DNA of 64,000 bases, from NCBI GenBank assembly GCA_051362555.1, contig CM120645.1, positions 11,408,001 to 11,472,000 on the forward strand, in the 5' to 3' direction. This document shows, piece by piece, positions 1 to 11,392 of the stretch (position 1 is the first letter of the stretch; each line of letters starts with the position of its first letter). The stretch is from Lingula anatina. Taxonomy: Eukaryota; Animalia; Brachiopoda. A program made the position numbers and the translations under genes. The notes below the pieces were generated by a model. That model was not told where the DNA came from. It was given only the letters and a program-made list of their open reading frames with translations, and searched no databases.

Positions 1-930
1 GCGCCTCCAAGCTGGTAGATTAAAGTCACAGATATGCAAAAACGACTTGAAAAACTCAGCTGGGTATCATCCGAGTTGTACCGCGATGATCAGTGCTTTT
101 TAGGCCTGTCGCATCTTTGCGGGTAAAAGTCCCTTTATGGTTTATTTCTCCTGTCAGATCTTACTCGAGTTAGTTTTGAAAATAAAAATGGCGAGTTTAG
201 TTCATATATAGACTTCACTCCAGCTTGAAAACGCACCGACTGATACAGAATCAATTCAAGACAATGGGGCTCTGTTAACGACCGCGGTACGCACGATGAA
301 AACGATCAAGCGCTGTAATTACGGGTGCCGCGCGACTCCGCCGGCCTCTTCGCTCCATGTTTGACTCACTTGCATGTTATCGCGTGGTTATCGTCGGGGG
401 CGTCATGGCTGCCTAGCGTGTGATGGTAGATACATCATGCTTTACAGCGACTTTTCCGCGACAGAAACAAAACTTTTGGAGACCATCTAATCAAGACCGC
501 GTCACCGCCAATTGAAAGTGTTGGCACCTTTTTGGTGTAATTTAATTGAAATTTCTTCAAACACGCCAACTAGTTATATGAAAAGGTCAAATCTTTTTTT
601 TTTTCTTTTGCTCAAATATTTCGCTGGCAGATCTAGTCAATGAAAAAGGTGGGGTTTGGTTAGTGCGGTAATTGTAGTAGGGGGAACGAAAACATTTTGG
701 TCGATCTCATTCGGTTTTTTATAAATATATGTTTACTCGGTTACAAAAACAGGGTCATGGGAAGTTTTGTTAACAAAAAATCCGTCCTCAATACTCGCTT
801 ATTTAGCGGAAATCCCAGACTAGAATATTTCCGTGCCAACCACAACAACTGTAGTTTATCTAACGTTTCCTTTTATGGAACTTGTATTCTTAGTATGCTA
901 TCTGCGTTTTTCTACTTAGATAGATTTGCA

Positions 931-990
<60 letters not shown>

Positions 991-1003
991 AATAAATAAA
1001 AAA
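931..1003. repeat. (AAT)n microsatellite followed by (TAAA)n
   Basis: Directly visible run aataataat... then taaataaa; explains the poly-N tail of ORF 697..987. Confidence 0.95.
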
Positions 1004-2266
1004 ACATTAAAAAGTAATAAAATAATTTGAAGATGGTATTAATTTTTAGACAGGAGCTGATTTAATTTATATTATTCTTGCTATTCTAAAATTTCTCTTG
1101 GCGTATTTCATATATTCCCTTTTTTGACTTGTATCGATACGAAGTGAAATATCTTTATTGGCCTGTTTGTCTTCACCTTCTTCCTCTTCATCTGATATAC
1201 GCATCTTCATTTTGAAGCACATATAACTGGTTATTATTTACTCATATTTCGCGACCATTCCTTTCTTTGTTTCCCCATTTATCTACAAGTATTTTATCAG
1301 TCTCGCCAGATCATGTGGATTTGGTGATAAAATCATTGAGAAGTACAAATTAATGTGGCAACAACATCAAAATCATGACGCACAGCCTAGTAGACTAGAA
1401 CATTACCCAAGGCATGTAGTCCCCGTGATCAAAACCAAAGGTTGATAAAATTGATGAGAAACAAATAAAGCCATTCACACGGGGCCACCGTCGTACAAGT
1501 TTAGGATATGCAGATAGCAGGATAGTCTCGCGGGTGGACGGGAAATAGCGTGACCTTAGCTATCACGTGTCACCAATAGAAGCCATCAAACGCTTTGTCA
1601 AGGGGCAATGTTTGCGATTAATGGGAAGATAGGTAACAAATGAATGTTTAGGGAAGAGGTGTGAAGGCTTAAAAGATGTTGGACACGTATAATTAGTGGT
1701 GATCTCGCGTTTAAGGATGGGATTAGATTAAACTAAGTTATCTATTTCTTCCATCTAAATAACTAGCCACACCTTGAGGCAGCCTCCTTACTAAACAAAA
1801 TGTTGGCGTGATATTTCCGATTACGATCGATTTCATGAAGTAGGCCTACTGTGCTTTGACACCTTCCTGTAGATAGGGCAAGCGTGTTTAAATTGTTTAT
1901 TTATGCATATTCATATAAAAGAAAGAAAAAGCGATCACGACTGTTATCTTGTCTATGTAAGTGCATCAAGTTTGGTCCGGGTCTTGGACCAGTACACGCA
2001 CGGGGAATATTTCCAATATTTCCAATAACCCCAAAAGTGGTCCATAGGCGTACAAAGGGAGGCCTCACTTTACAAAAATTGACAAAAAAAAAAAAAAATA
2101 CTCAGTGATGATAATCATAATCGACACCCAGAAACTGCGATTAATGAGATTCCCGTGAAAAAATATTATGAGAACTAATCTGAGCTGTGAGCCGTTCAAA
2201 CCACAAACCAACGTAGCAAGTATAGCTGTATAACATTTTACAGTCTGGTTCGTCGGTTGAATTTAA

Positions 2267-4444
2267 GGACGCTCTCTCATATTTAAGATTTCATATTTCT
2301 GCCCTAGCGATTTTGATTAAAATTGTAAGACAAAATCTTCTTACCATATGAGTAAAAAATATGAAAAAAAAATTGGGGGTCACCACGCTCGTTTTCGAGA
2401 GGTGGCGTCCCGAAAAACGCTACGTTTATTACATTGCGTTATATGGGGATTTTGCCAAAATGCCCTTAATTTTGCTGAAAAATGCAAAAATAAAAAATTC
2501 TGCCCTAGCGATTTTAATTTTATGTGGATATGTTATAGATCTTGGTAGACCTCAAAGAAATTTACAAAAAAATTTGTACCACACCATGCTTGTTTTTGAG
2601 CCAGGGCTGCTTGAACATCGATTTTTATCAAATTTACATAGGAATCAATGGAAATTTCCAAGCAAATTTAAATAAATGTGTTTTGTATCGTGGGTTTTTT
2701 AACTCATACATTTATTTTGCTTCCATGAAAATTATATTTATACTTCTCTGCATCAGCTAACCAAATTTCATAAAGTTTGCTTATCCCATTCATAATAAAT
2801 AGATATTAATGTTGAAAGTATCAGTTGGATTTCAGTATGCCTCATGGAATGCCGCCATATTGGATTTTTCATAGGCTGGACCTACAAGCACATGTATCAA
2901 TCTCTTGTGACTTTTATCTTCCTATTCCTTTTTTCTTACTGTTTTATACATTTTTAACATTGAGATAGCTTGATAGATTGTTTGCTTTGTATATTTTAAT
3001 ATACATTGTTTAAACAATGTATCAATTTCTTACTACTGGTACGTTACATGTAGCCATATTTCTTGACAAACGTGCTTTGGAAACTAGGTGGCAAAAAAGT
3101 TAGAATATTCGTCTAAAGACATCTTTTGGTTATCAGTTTATTTCGATTTCATATTATATTTACAACATGAAATCAAATAAATATATATAATAAATATTCA
3201 TACATTTTTAAAATTTAGGCATTAAAGACATCCTACATGCATTTTTCTTATTACTTTATACATTCTGTTACTCTTTTTTGTGTTTAGATTAATTTTACAT
3301 ATAGAAGACAATAAAGACCATCTAGACTTCTTTGAAATGACATGTGCAAATGCTGATATATTAACCACGACATCTTGATTTTCCCCCTAAACATGAAGAA
3401 ATTATTATTATAAACTAGGTATTATGTAGAATTTGCTAAAGGTTGAACACAGGATTTTGTTAATTGAATGGGATGAAATAAAAAATCAGAAAAAAAGGAT
3501 TTTCTTCACTTTCATCATTGCAAAAATTAACAAAATTTTGTAACTCAAGACTATCTTTTAATGCATTATGGGCTGAATAATTTCTGTGAAGTAATAAATT
3601 TACAAACTAAAGTCTCTTGTTTATGATTGGGTAAATTAGGATAAAGTTGGAATAAAGTACACTTTATCTTCTAAAATATACTGTTTATTTTCCTAGCATC
3701 AAAAAAGTATTGCATGTATCTGCATAAAAACCCTTGGTCCTCTGTTGTGTGTTTTATGGTTTTGTCCATTTGCACTTTAACAAAACCATTACAAGAATGA
3801 CGTCGCAACACGCCAGGCGGGTGCACACCGGTTGCATCTTTTCTGGAGAGCTGAAAATCGCACTGTTTGCAGGTCATATTGTTCAATAACATATTTAAAT
3901 CAACAACAAAACGCCATGAGTCTAATTATTTTAACTTATTGTGAAAGGAGAGAATTGTTTTCAGCATACAAATCACGGTAACTTGGCCCTGGGTGATCGG
4001 AAACCAATGCTGAAGAAGGCAATGTCTTGTTGCACACATCGTAACCATATGACAAACCTCCGCAATACACTTTGTGGTCAAAATACAAGCCCTTGTGAAT
4101 GTTTTCCGTGAGATAAGATCATGTCACTGCTATACAAGCCTTACTAAAACGCTCTTTTCAATCCCTTCTTCGCGTAACTTCTTACATGCGGTATTTGTAA
4201 ACAAAGTCGCAAGTGGGTACTTTACGTCGTAAAAGACCAAGCGTTCACTCATACGCAACGCATAGTTGACATATTCGTAGCGCTTCGACCAAAATAACAT
4301 CAAAGATTTCATACAGATTTCTTAAAAAGATGAATTACGTATTTTATTGCATGTTTTATTTTCATAATTAGCCGCTATCTCAAAAAACTACTCATGCGCG
4401 AAACCTGCGCAGATCGCAAAAAAAGCTAATATGAGAGGACTACC
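2267..4444. mobile_element. Non-autonomous TTAA-specific DNA transposon, Kolobok-like (~2.2 kb)
   Basis: Left end ttaa|GGACGCTCTCTCATATT; right end AATATGAGAGGACTACC|ttaa (reverse complement GGTAGTCCTCTCATATT). TTAA on both sides (2263-2266, 4445-4448) and GG...CC termini fit Kolobok (RR...YY) rather than piggyBac (CC...GG). No transposase ORF recognised. Confidence 0.65.
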
Positions 4445-4649
4445 TTAAATGCTTTTATAATATGTTGAATCGCGAAAGACTTCTGTAAAAACCAAGAAGA
4501 TTCATAATAAAAACCCGACAACTTTGATCCATGTATTTATTATAATTAATTTTATTCTAAAATATCGACAGTTGTATGAACTAAAAAAATTCTTTGTAGT
4601 CTAATTGGCCAATGAGAAGTGATAAAAGCTAGGCAGTCCTGAGGTAAAT

Positions 4650-4804
4650 TTATGGCGGTGGCGTAAGGCTACTGCAGTCTAATTCGGGACAACATCGACC
4701 AGGCTTTGGGGGTTCCAATACGCATCCAGGGGGGACCTTGCCCGTCCAATCAGGACATCTGAAAGAAAAATTAATATGACAAAGAATCCTGAAGGACCTT
4801 CCAA

Positions 4805-4835
<31 letters not shown>

Positions 4836-7009
4836 AGATTTAAATGACGAATGTGGATGAGATTTATATTGCCCTAGATAAATGTGTCCGTGATTAGTAC
4901 ATGTATCAACCAGTACAGTACAGAAATAAGAAAAAGAAGTGAAAATTGAAGCCAAATGTGTCGAAAGTACGTGCACCACCCAGCCTACTGGCAGTAAAAT
5001 CAAAACAGTGTATTATAGTGCGTTAGTTGTGCTAAAACGAAAACGGACTCAGGCTCAAATATAGGTACCAATTGCATAGACTGCTAATACAAATTAACCG
5101 AGGAACAAGCCTCTTCATTTGCATATATTGTACATGTAAATGTAGTGCTAGGCGACTTGTACCAAATGTTCAATGCAGATAGACACGAAGTTTAGGATTT
5201 GAAACGTACAAAGGTTCGCAGTAGATGAAATTCAACGAAGGCTGAATGCAGATGCAGCTTCTCTCACAACCAACATTCCATCTTTCATTTTGGCTGTACA
5301 ATACATTGTTGTCTACGCAGCGGTCTGAAATAGAAAACAAGCCACTGACTTTTAGAAAAGGAAACTTCGCTCAGGCGTCAAAATACCAGAAAATAATACC
5401 GGTATTCCTGCAAACACAATATTTACTGTATAATTACACATGCGCGACGCAAGCACAAACAAACAAAAAAATTATCATTTTCATAGACCAGTTAAGAAAG
5501 TGCCTACCTTTTGGAGCCGTAACAACTGGTGCCTTCGTAGTGGTGCTGGTGGTAGTAGTAGTAGTAGTAGTAGTTATGACTAACGAGGACGACAGAGTTG
5601 ACGTTGACGTTGGCTGTGACGTTGTTGTCAGCTTTGTGCTAGTTGACGTCGGCAGTGACGTAGTTGTCTGCTTTGTGCTAGTCGACGTTGGCAGTGACGT
5701 TGTTTTCTGCTTTGTGCTAGTCGGCGTCGGCTGTAACGTTGTTGTCACTTTTTTGCTAGTTGACGTAGGCTGTGACGTTGTTGTCTGCTTTGTGCTAGTC
5801 GACGTTGGCTGTGACGTTGTCTGCTTTGTGCTAGTTGATGTTGGCAGTGATGTTGTTGTCCGCTTTGTGCTAGTTGACGTTGGCGGTGACGTTGTTGACA
5901 TGATCACCGAAGTTTTTGGCGTAACTTTTATCGTCGAGGGTCTTGTGCCAACTGTCGTCACTTTTGGACGTCTAGTCTTCTTTTCGGTCGTTACTTTTTG
6001 AGGCTCCTTGGTAGTTGAAGTCACTTTGGTTACTGTACCTATTGCAAGTGAAAAATATACCAATTCTAAATCCTCCCCTTATACAATACCAAGAGCTTTA
6101 ATTGCTGTAGAATTCAATGGCAAATTTATATTAAGCCCAAGTTAGACCAAATGTGTAGTCTGTGGGCTAGATATAGTTTATGCTAAATAGTTTCTTATCG
6201 CAGACTGTGGCTCACTTACCTTTTTTAGCCTTACAAATATAAGGGAACTTCCTTGCACAGTCACGTTGAGTTAGCTGTCCGCTCTGCAAACCGTTAACTA
6301 GTGCACAGTGGTTATTGGAGCTTTTTTCAGGTTTTTGCCATATCCTGGTGCGAAAAATATGTTCTTAGTGTAATCGATAATAATCTGAATTTAAACCACA
6401 ACCAGTTTCTGGAGCAAAAGTTCAAAAGTACGCTCCAAAGTGTAGGTTCAGGTACATATGTTATTTTTTCACTTTCTGTATCATGTATTTTGGGAAGAAA
6501 TATTGATGAACTGATATTAAAATGGCATTTCCATGCATTAAGTTACGCAAGTGCAATTTACAGAGAAAACAAGGAAGACATAAGCTTCAAAATTCACTCT
6601 ATGGGTTTAGTTAGTGATCACCAATTGTATGAAGATTTTCACTTGACGCTACGATTATGTTTCCACAAAAATGGTCATTATAAAACTTCCACAAAGATTT
6701 AACTTGCAAAGGATGAGTGCGGGACGTGCACGTCGTACATGCACATGTAGTTTCACGCGCACACGTGCACACCTCAGACTCAGAGATATGTTTCCACGCG
6801 CCGTCAAAAATAAACTTACTACAACTTACGCAAGCGATTTGTCGCCATTCTTCTCTGCCCATTTCCACCTTCCTTTGATATTGTTGAAGCTAGACCACCA
6901 CTTCTTTAGACGGGAATCTTTCTTTTCATATTTCAACATTTGTTGACTTAACCATTGCTATGTATCCGACATGAAATACAAAATATGACATTTTAACAAC
7001 AACAAAATC

Positions 7010-7046
<37 letters not shown>

Positions 7047-8021
7047 TAACTTTAAAAAAACAACATTGCTTAACATTTTGTTATTTCAGTATTGCAGACT
7101 CCATTATGCTGTATATCAAATCTGTTGTCCTTTCTGTAAAAGCGAACAGCAGACACCTACCAGCTCGCATTCTGAGGAATAAGAGAGCAGATCTGCATTC
7201 TGGGAAGCACAATCTGCGCGCGCATCAGGCCATGTTTTCCTTTCAGAGTAACTGCTGAAACTGAAGCAGAAGTTGCTGTACGGGCTTTCTTTCCAGCCCT
7301 TGGGACAGCCGTGTTGGTACTCTGCAAATACGAAGGTACATTGTCAGCCCGGTGTTGATGGGTATAACGCTGTAAGACTGATAATTCCAAGGAGAAAGTC
7401 TTATATAAATGCATGATTTTAATCATAAAAATAAATGGTGCTCCTAATTTTGATATGATTGACGACTGTGTGTTTGTGGGTAGTTGGTAGTTAGGTTAAG
7501 CCTGAAGAGATAAGTCAACCCCCACCCTTAGTCTCCATTGGAAATTCTTCCCAGGGCGGTGTAATGAAACTGAGGGTCCGTGTAACAGAAAGTCCGCCCT
7601 CCACTAAGTTATAATGGTTAGGGTTAGCTTAACCAAAGTGGGTCAAAATCACCTGTACAAATGAATGAGAAGCGGACTCTCCGTTATGGGGGACTCTCTG
7701 TCCCGTTACACCGGATCATGAGAGGGAATGGGGTACGTACGTTTCGCAGTCAGTACAATATTCACTGACCGATACAAAATTGTGTTAACTGGCATTTTTT
7801 TTTCATTTTTGTCTGCCATTCAACACATATGCCTTCAATTTTGTAAACGACATTTCACTTCTTTATCTCAAATTTTATTAACCGGCTTTGTTAAACTTTT
7901 GTTAATATGGCGGACAAGAATGAAAAAAATGAATGCAGGCAAGTATGAAACAATAGGAGGGTTACAAAAGTGGAAAACTGCTTGATTTTCACCGTATCGC
8001 TCATTACAAAGTTTTGTATGT

Positions 8022-8058
<37 letters not shown>

Positions 8059-9074
8059 CGGGGAGAACCAGAGAGGGTAGGGAAATGACAGAATGGGGTC
8101 TCGGAGGACGTGCCTCTTCTGAATTCACCGTTTATCAATGTTGTGAACAGGTTCTGTCTGACTTAAGGGGCATTGTTGACAGTCTGTGTAACGATCACAG
8201 ATAATGGACACCTTTGCTTGTCACATGGTTCATAACGGTAAACCTACAGGATAACACGGGCATCAAAACTGGACTTTAGTTCTGATGACCCAGCGGTGAT
8301 GTTACATCAACCTTGGACCCTAGATGGGTCGTAGCATCAACTGGTCAGTTAGAAAATGGCCAGTTTAGAAGAGTCCTTGTGGATAATTAAACATAGAGGA
8401 ACTGTCGTACTTTCTCTCTCTTTTTTTTTTCTTTTTTGTCTCATCGCAGGCATGTCAGCTTCCTTTTTCGGAGTCTTTACTAACTTTACTTACTAGGAAC
8501 ATGACTTGTTTTGATGTTAAATATACCATCTTAACCTAAACTTCTGTTTTTATTTCCTTTATTTCTATGAAAAATACCTCTTTTTAATCTCACTGACAAA
8601 GACACACGCACGTAGACAGGGACCATATTATATTTAACGACTGTTGTCATACATTCATGTACATGTACGTTGTAAACCAGAGCAAGGCAATTGCAACTTT
8701 TCATTTTCGAGTGGGAGGTTGTTCTTAAATTCTGAGCTTTCTACCAACCTTTTGGGTACATAAAATCTACCTGGTATACATGCTAGTGTATAAATGACGT
8801 TTTTTCACTTTCACTTACTGCCTGTCTTACATGCTGGCTGTGTTGTCGGGTGCGTTGTTGGGGGCGTTGTTGGACGCGTTGTTGGGCGCGTTGTTCGGTG
8901 TGCCCTGGTAGGACGCGCAGTGGTCTGCCTATGCTTCCCTTGACATATCCATTTCCCTGGACTATTTCTCCTCCAACAGATAGTTGTCTTCACTATCTTT
9001 CTAACATCTGTCGTGTGCGCGAGATGGACGGTGCAGACTGCAAGAAGAAGAAGACGCAGCAGAGGGGCATGCAT
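4650..9074 (-). CDS. Secreted C-type lectin / mucin / VWC-domain protein, paralog A (7 exons)
   Basis: Exons 9074-8819 (signal peptide MHAPLLRLLLLAVCTVHLA, Thr linker ending CKTG), 7321-7161 (YQHGCPKGW..FCF..TWPDARADC), 6957-6830 (..KKWWSSFNNIKGRWKW..), 6344-6220 (..NHCALV..RDCARKFPYICKAKK), 6038-5508 (Thr/Ser mucin), 5324-5210 (DRCVDNN..W.VGCERSCIC..YCEPL), 4758-4650 (CPDW..PGC..GRCCPELDC, stop). All GT-AG with compatible phases. Confidence 0.88.
5590..5900 (-). repeat. 39-bp coding minisatellite (13-aa TSQPTSTSTKQTT mucin repeat), about 7 units
   Basis: Repeated gacgttggctgtgacgttgttgtctgctttgtgctagt on the + strand within the paralog A mucin exon. Confidence 0.92.
7557..7713. mobile_element. 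Short element with imperfect terminal inverted repeats (MITE-like)
   Basis: cggtgtaatgaaactgagggtcc ... ggactctctgtcccgttacaccg form a ~23-bp imperfect inverted repeat; no clear TSD; not seen in the paralog B intron. Confidence 0.45.
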
Positions 9075-9220
9075 GCCGTACGGTGTAGTACTATCCTACT
9101 AAACGAATTACGATGCCCAAAAGACCGAGTTAGACAGGTACAAAGGCAAGAAGTGGGTCCTTTACACGACACGCGCCAGAACACGGGGCAGTACTTAACA
9201 TTTCTGGCCATATGCATTGT

Positions 9221-9291
9221 CCTTATATACTGCAATCACTCGGCAACACGTGGTTTGATACGCTATTTGTGACGTAATTGCCTGATGTGAC
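9221..9291 (-). promoter_or_regulatory. Putative core and proximal promoter of paralog A (TATA, E-box, CRE-like site)
   Basis: Minus-strand TATATAAG about 150 bp upstream of the ATG; CACGTG and TGACGTAA lie in a ~60-bp block conserved with paralog B (17801-17871). Confidence 0.55.
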
Positions 9292-9631
9292 CGCAGCCGC
9301 TCCGTGGTGGAACAAATTATGAATGAAACTCGATTATTTTTATCAACATGATAACCGTCATAATAGCCTATAGATGTGAGGATTGTGGTGTTTGTCTTAC
9401 GTACAATTAAAAGTCAAAAAGTAGTCCTACACCGCATTATCTCTGATGGCTTTCTTATACGAGAACAAGCTACATTTATGGAGCAATTCTCAAACATATG
9501 AAGAACAATTCGACATTTCATGAACATCATGGGTGGACCAAGTTCATTTTCCAACTTTTATTTTCGTTCTAAGTAGGTATCCTAAATTGTCGACGGAAAG
9601 TGAACGTAGGCGTATAGTGGGGAGAGTCCTA

Positions 9632-11015
9632 CACACACTGGACAAAAGAAGTGTCACCCCCTAACTCAGAGTAATAAAAGTAGGCAGATCTTGGGTACTT
9701 ATAATGCCTGGTCTACTTATAATGTGACTAATGAGTATAAAACCGCTATACCATGGAATTGTATTGTTGGTCTTGTCCATGTACAGCAAATTTTATTCCT
9801 GTCTTCCTCCAATATGGCAAGATACAGGCAATTATCTAACGGTTATAGGTGCAAGTTATTAACCTGAAGAGGCGGAATGTAAGCAATGTCAGAATATCGA
9901 TACAATTGAATTGTTCAGTCAGAACCGTGCAGGGGGTCTGGTCTCGGTATAGAAACACTGGATCAAGAGACAAATTGCCTCTGATGGGTCGTCCAAGAAA
10001 AAATACTGGCCGTAAAGACCGACGACTGATTTTGATGTCCAGGTTGTCAAAGTTCGACACTGCTTGTCAGTTGACAACACAGTGGAACAATTTCACACAT
10101 AAGAATGTGTCTGTGAAAATTGCTAGGCGTCGGTTACATGCTCAGAGAGTGTACAGCAGGGTAGCAAGACTGAAACCTCTTATATCGTTACAAAACAGGC
10201 AACGTAGAGTAAACTAGGGTCAACAGGATCTGGAACTGGACAGTTCATGACAATTGGTTCTATATTTTTTTTCTGATGAGTGTCGCTTTGGTCTGACCTC
10301 TGATGACAGAGGTACTATGCTGGCAAACTGCTGGTAAAGCATTTGCACCACATGCACTGAATTTTCGAACCCGGAGCAGCATATTCATCATGGTGTGGGG
10401 CTGCATCAGCATCCATGGCTTGGGCGAATTGATAGTGGTTAATGGAAACATGAATCGCTAGAAATATATCGATGTTTTAGAGTCAAGCTTGCTACCATCT
10501 ATTACTAACATGTTTGGTGACAGGAATTATCCATTTGTTCACCAGGATGACAATGCTCCTTGTCACAGGCCCAGAGCAGTTGATGATTGGTTTGACCAAC
10601 AGGACATTCGCAGGGTGATGTGGCCTGCCCAGAGTCCGGATGCAAACATAATAGAAAATTTTTGGAATGATATGTCAAAACTTTTTACAAATGCCCGTCT
10701 AACCAGCAGAGAAACTCTGTTATATTCAGTGTTTCATGCTTGGGCCAGCATAAGCCCTAAACGCATCAGACAATTATATGAATCCTTGCTTCGTAGACTG
10801 GCACCTATTATTAGGTCACGTGGCTATGCCACTAAGTACTAATTTTTGACTTGAAACTGCATATTTTGGTGGAATGTATATTTTGTTCTCATTTTGTGAT
10901 TTTTTGTGAAATTTGATGTTAATAAAATGATACTAGGAGCATATCGTTCCACAGTCATTTATCTCCCCCATAGCATTGGCTCAGTAGGGGTGACACTTCT
11001 TTTGTCCAGTGTGTG
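9632..11015 (+). mobile_element. Tc1-family DNA transposon, full length but degenerate
   Basis: 29-bp perfect TIRs CACACACTGGACAAAAGAAGTGTCACCCC with TA at both sides (9630-9631, 11016-11017). Confidence 0.93.
9813..10842 (+). pseudogene. Tc1 DD34E transposase pseudogene
   Basis: GRPR motif of the paired-like DNA-binding domain, FSDECRF, MVWGCIS, QDDNAPCH...WPAQSPDANIIE (34 residues between D and E), GYATKY end. Frameshifts and in-frame TAG stops split it into ORFs 9849..10217 and 10489..10842. Confidence 0.9.
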
Positions 11016-11392
11016 TATGACAAAGTCTGATATGAAAACAAATGAACCCACTAATCTGTGATAGGAGTATATTTGAGTCTGAGTAACAGTACGGTTAATG
11101 TGTGTTCCGGTGATAAAATATGAGAACCACTAGTTGATTTAAGTCTTTCAACCATAAATCGATACATTGGTAGTAAATAAATTCTCTATAACCTTTCACA
11201 ATATCTTGGACCGCCAAAGATTTTCGTATACAAAAAGCATGGAGATATTTTAATCAGTTGTCAATCTACTGGTTATTTATATACTTTCCATAATATCACA
11301 CGTTTCGTGATGTTGAAAAAATATTTGTAGACTTAATGGACTTATTTCGGCCAATGAAAAGTGATATGAGTTAAAATATTCAATAAGTAAGT

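Noticed and set aside
1-822. CpG-richer segment ending in cccagacta, possibly the right end of a DNA transposon
   Set aside because: The left end would lie outside the window, so TIR and TSD cannot be verified.
697-987. ORF ending in poly-Asn
   Set aside because: Produced by the (AAT)n microsatellite; no domain or splice support.
5246-6001. 251-aa Val/Asp/Cys-rich ORF on the + strand
   Set aside because: Antisense shadow of the Thr/Ser mucin exon; splice sites and domain logic support the minus strand.
7868-8128. Poly-Pro ORF here and poly-Gly ORF at 40923..41129
   Set aside because: Translations of intronic poly-G homopolymers whose length may also be a sequencing artefact.
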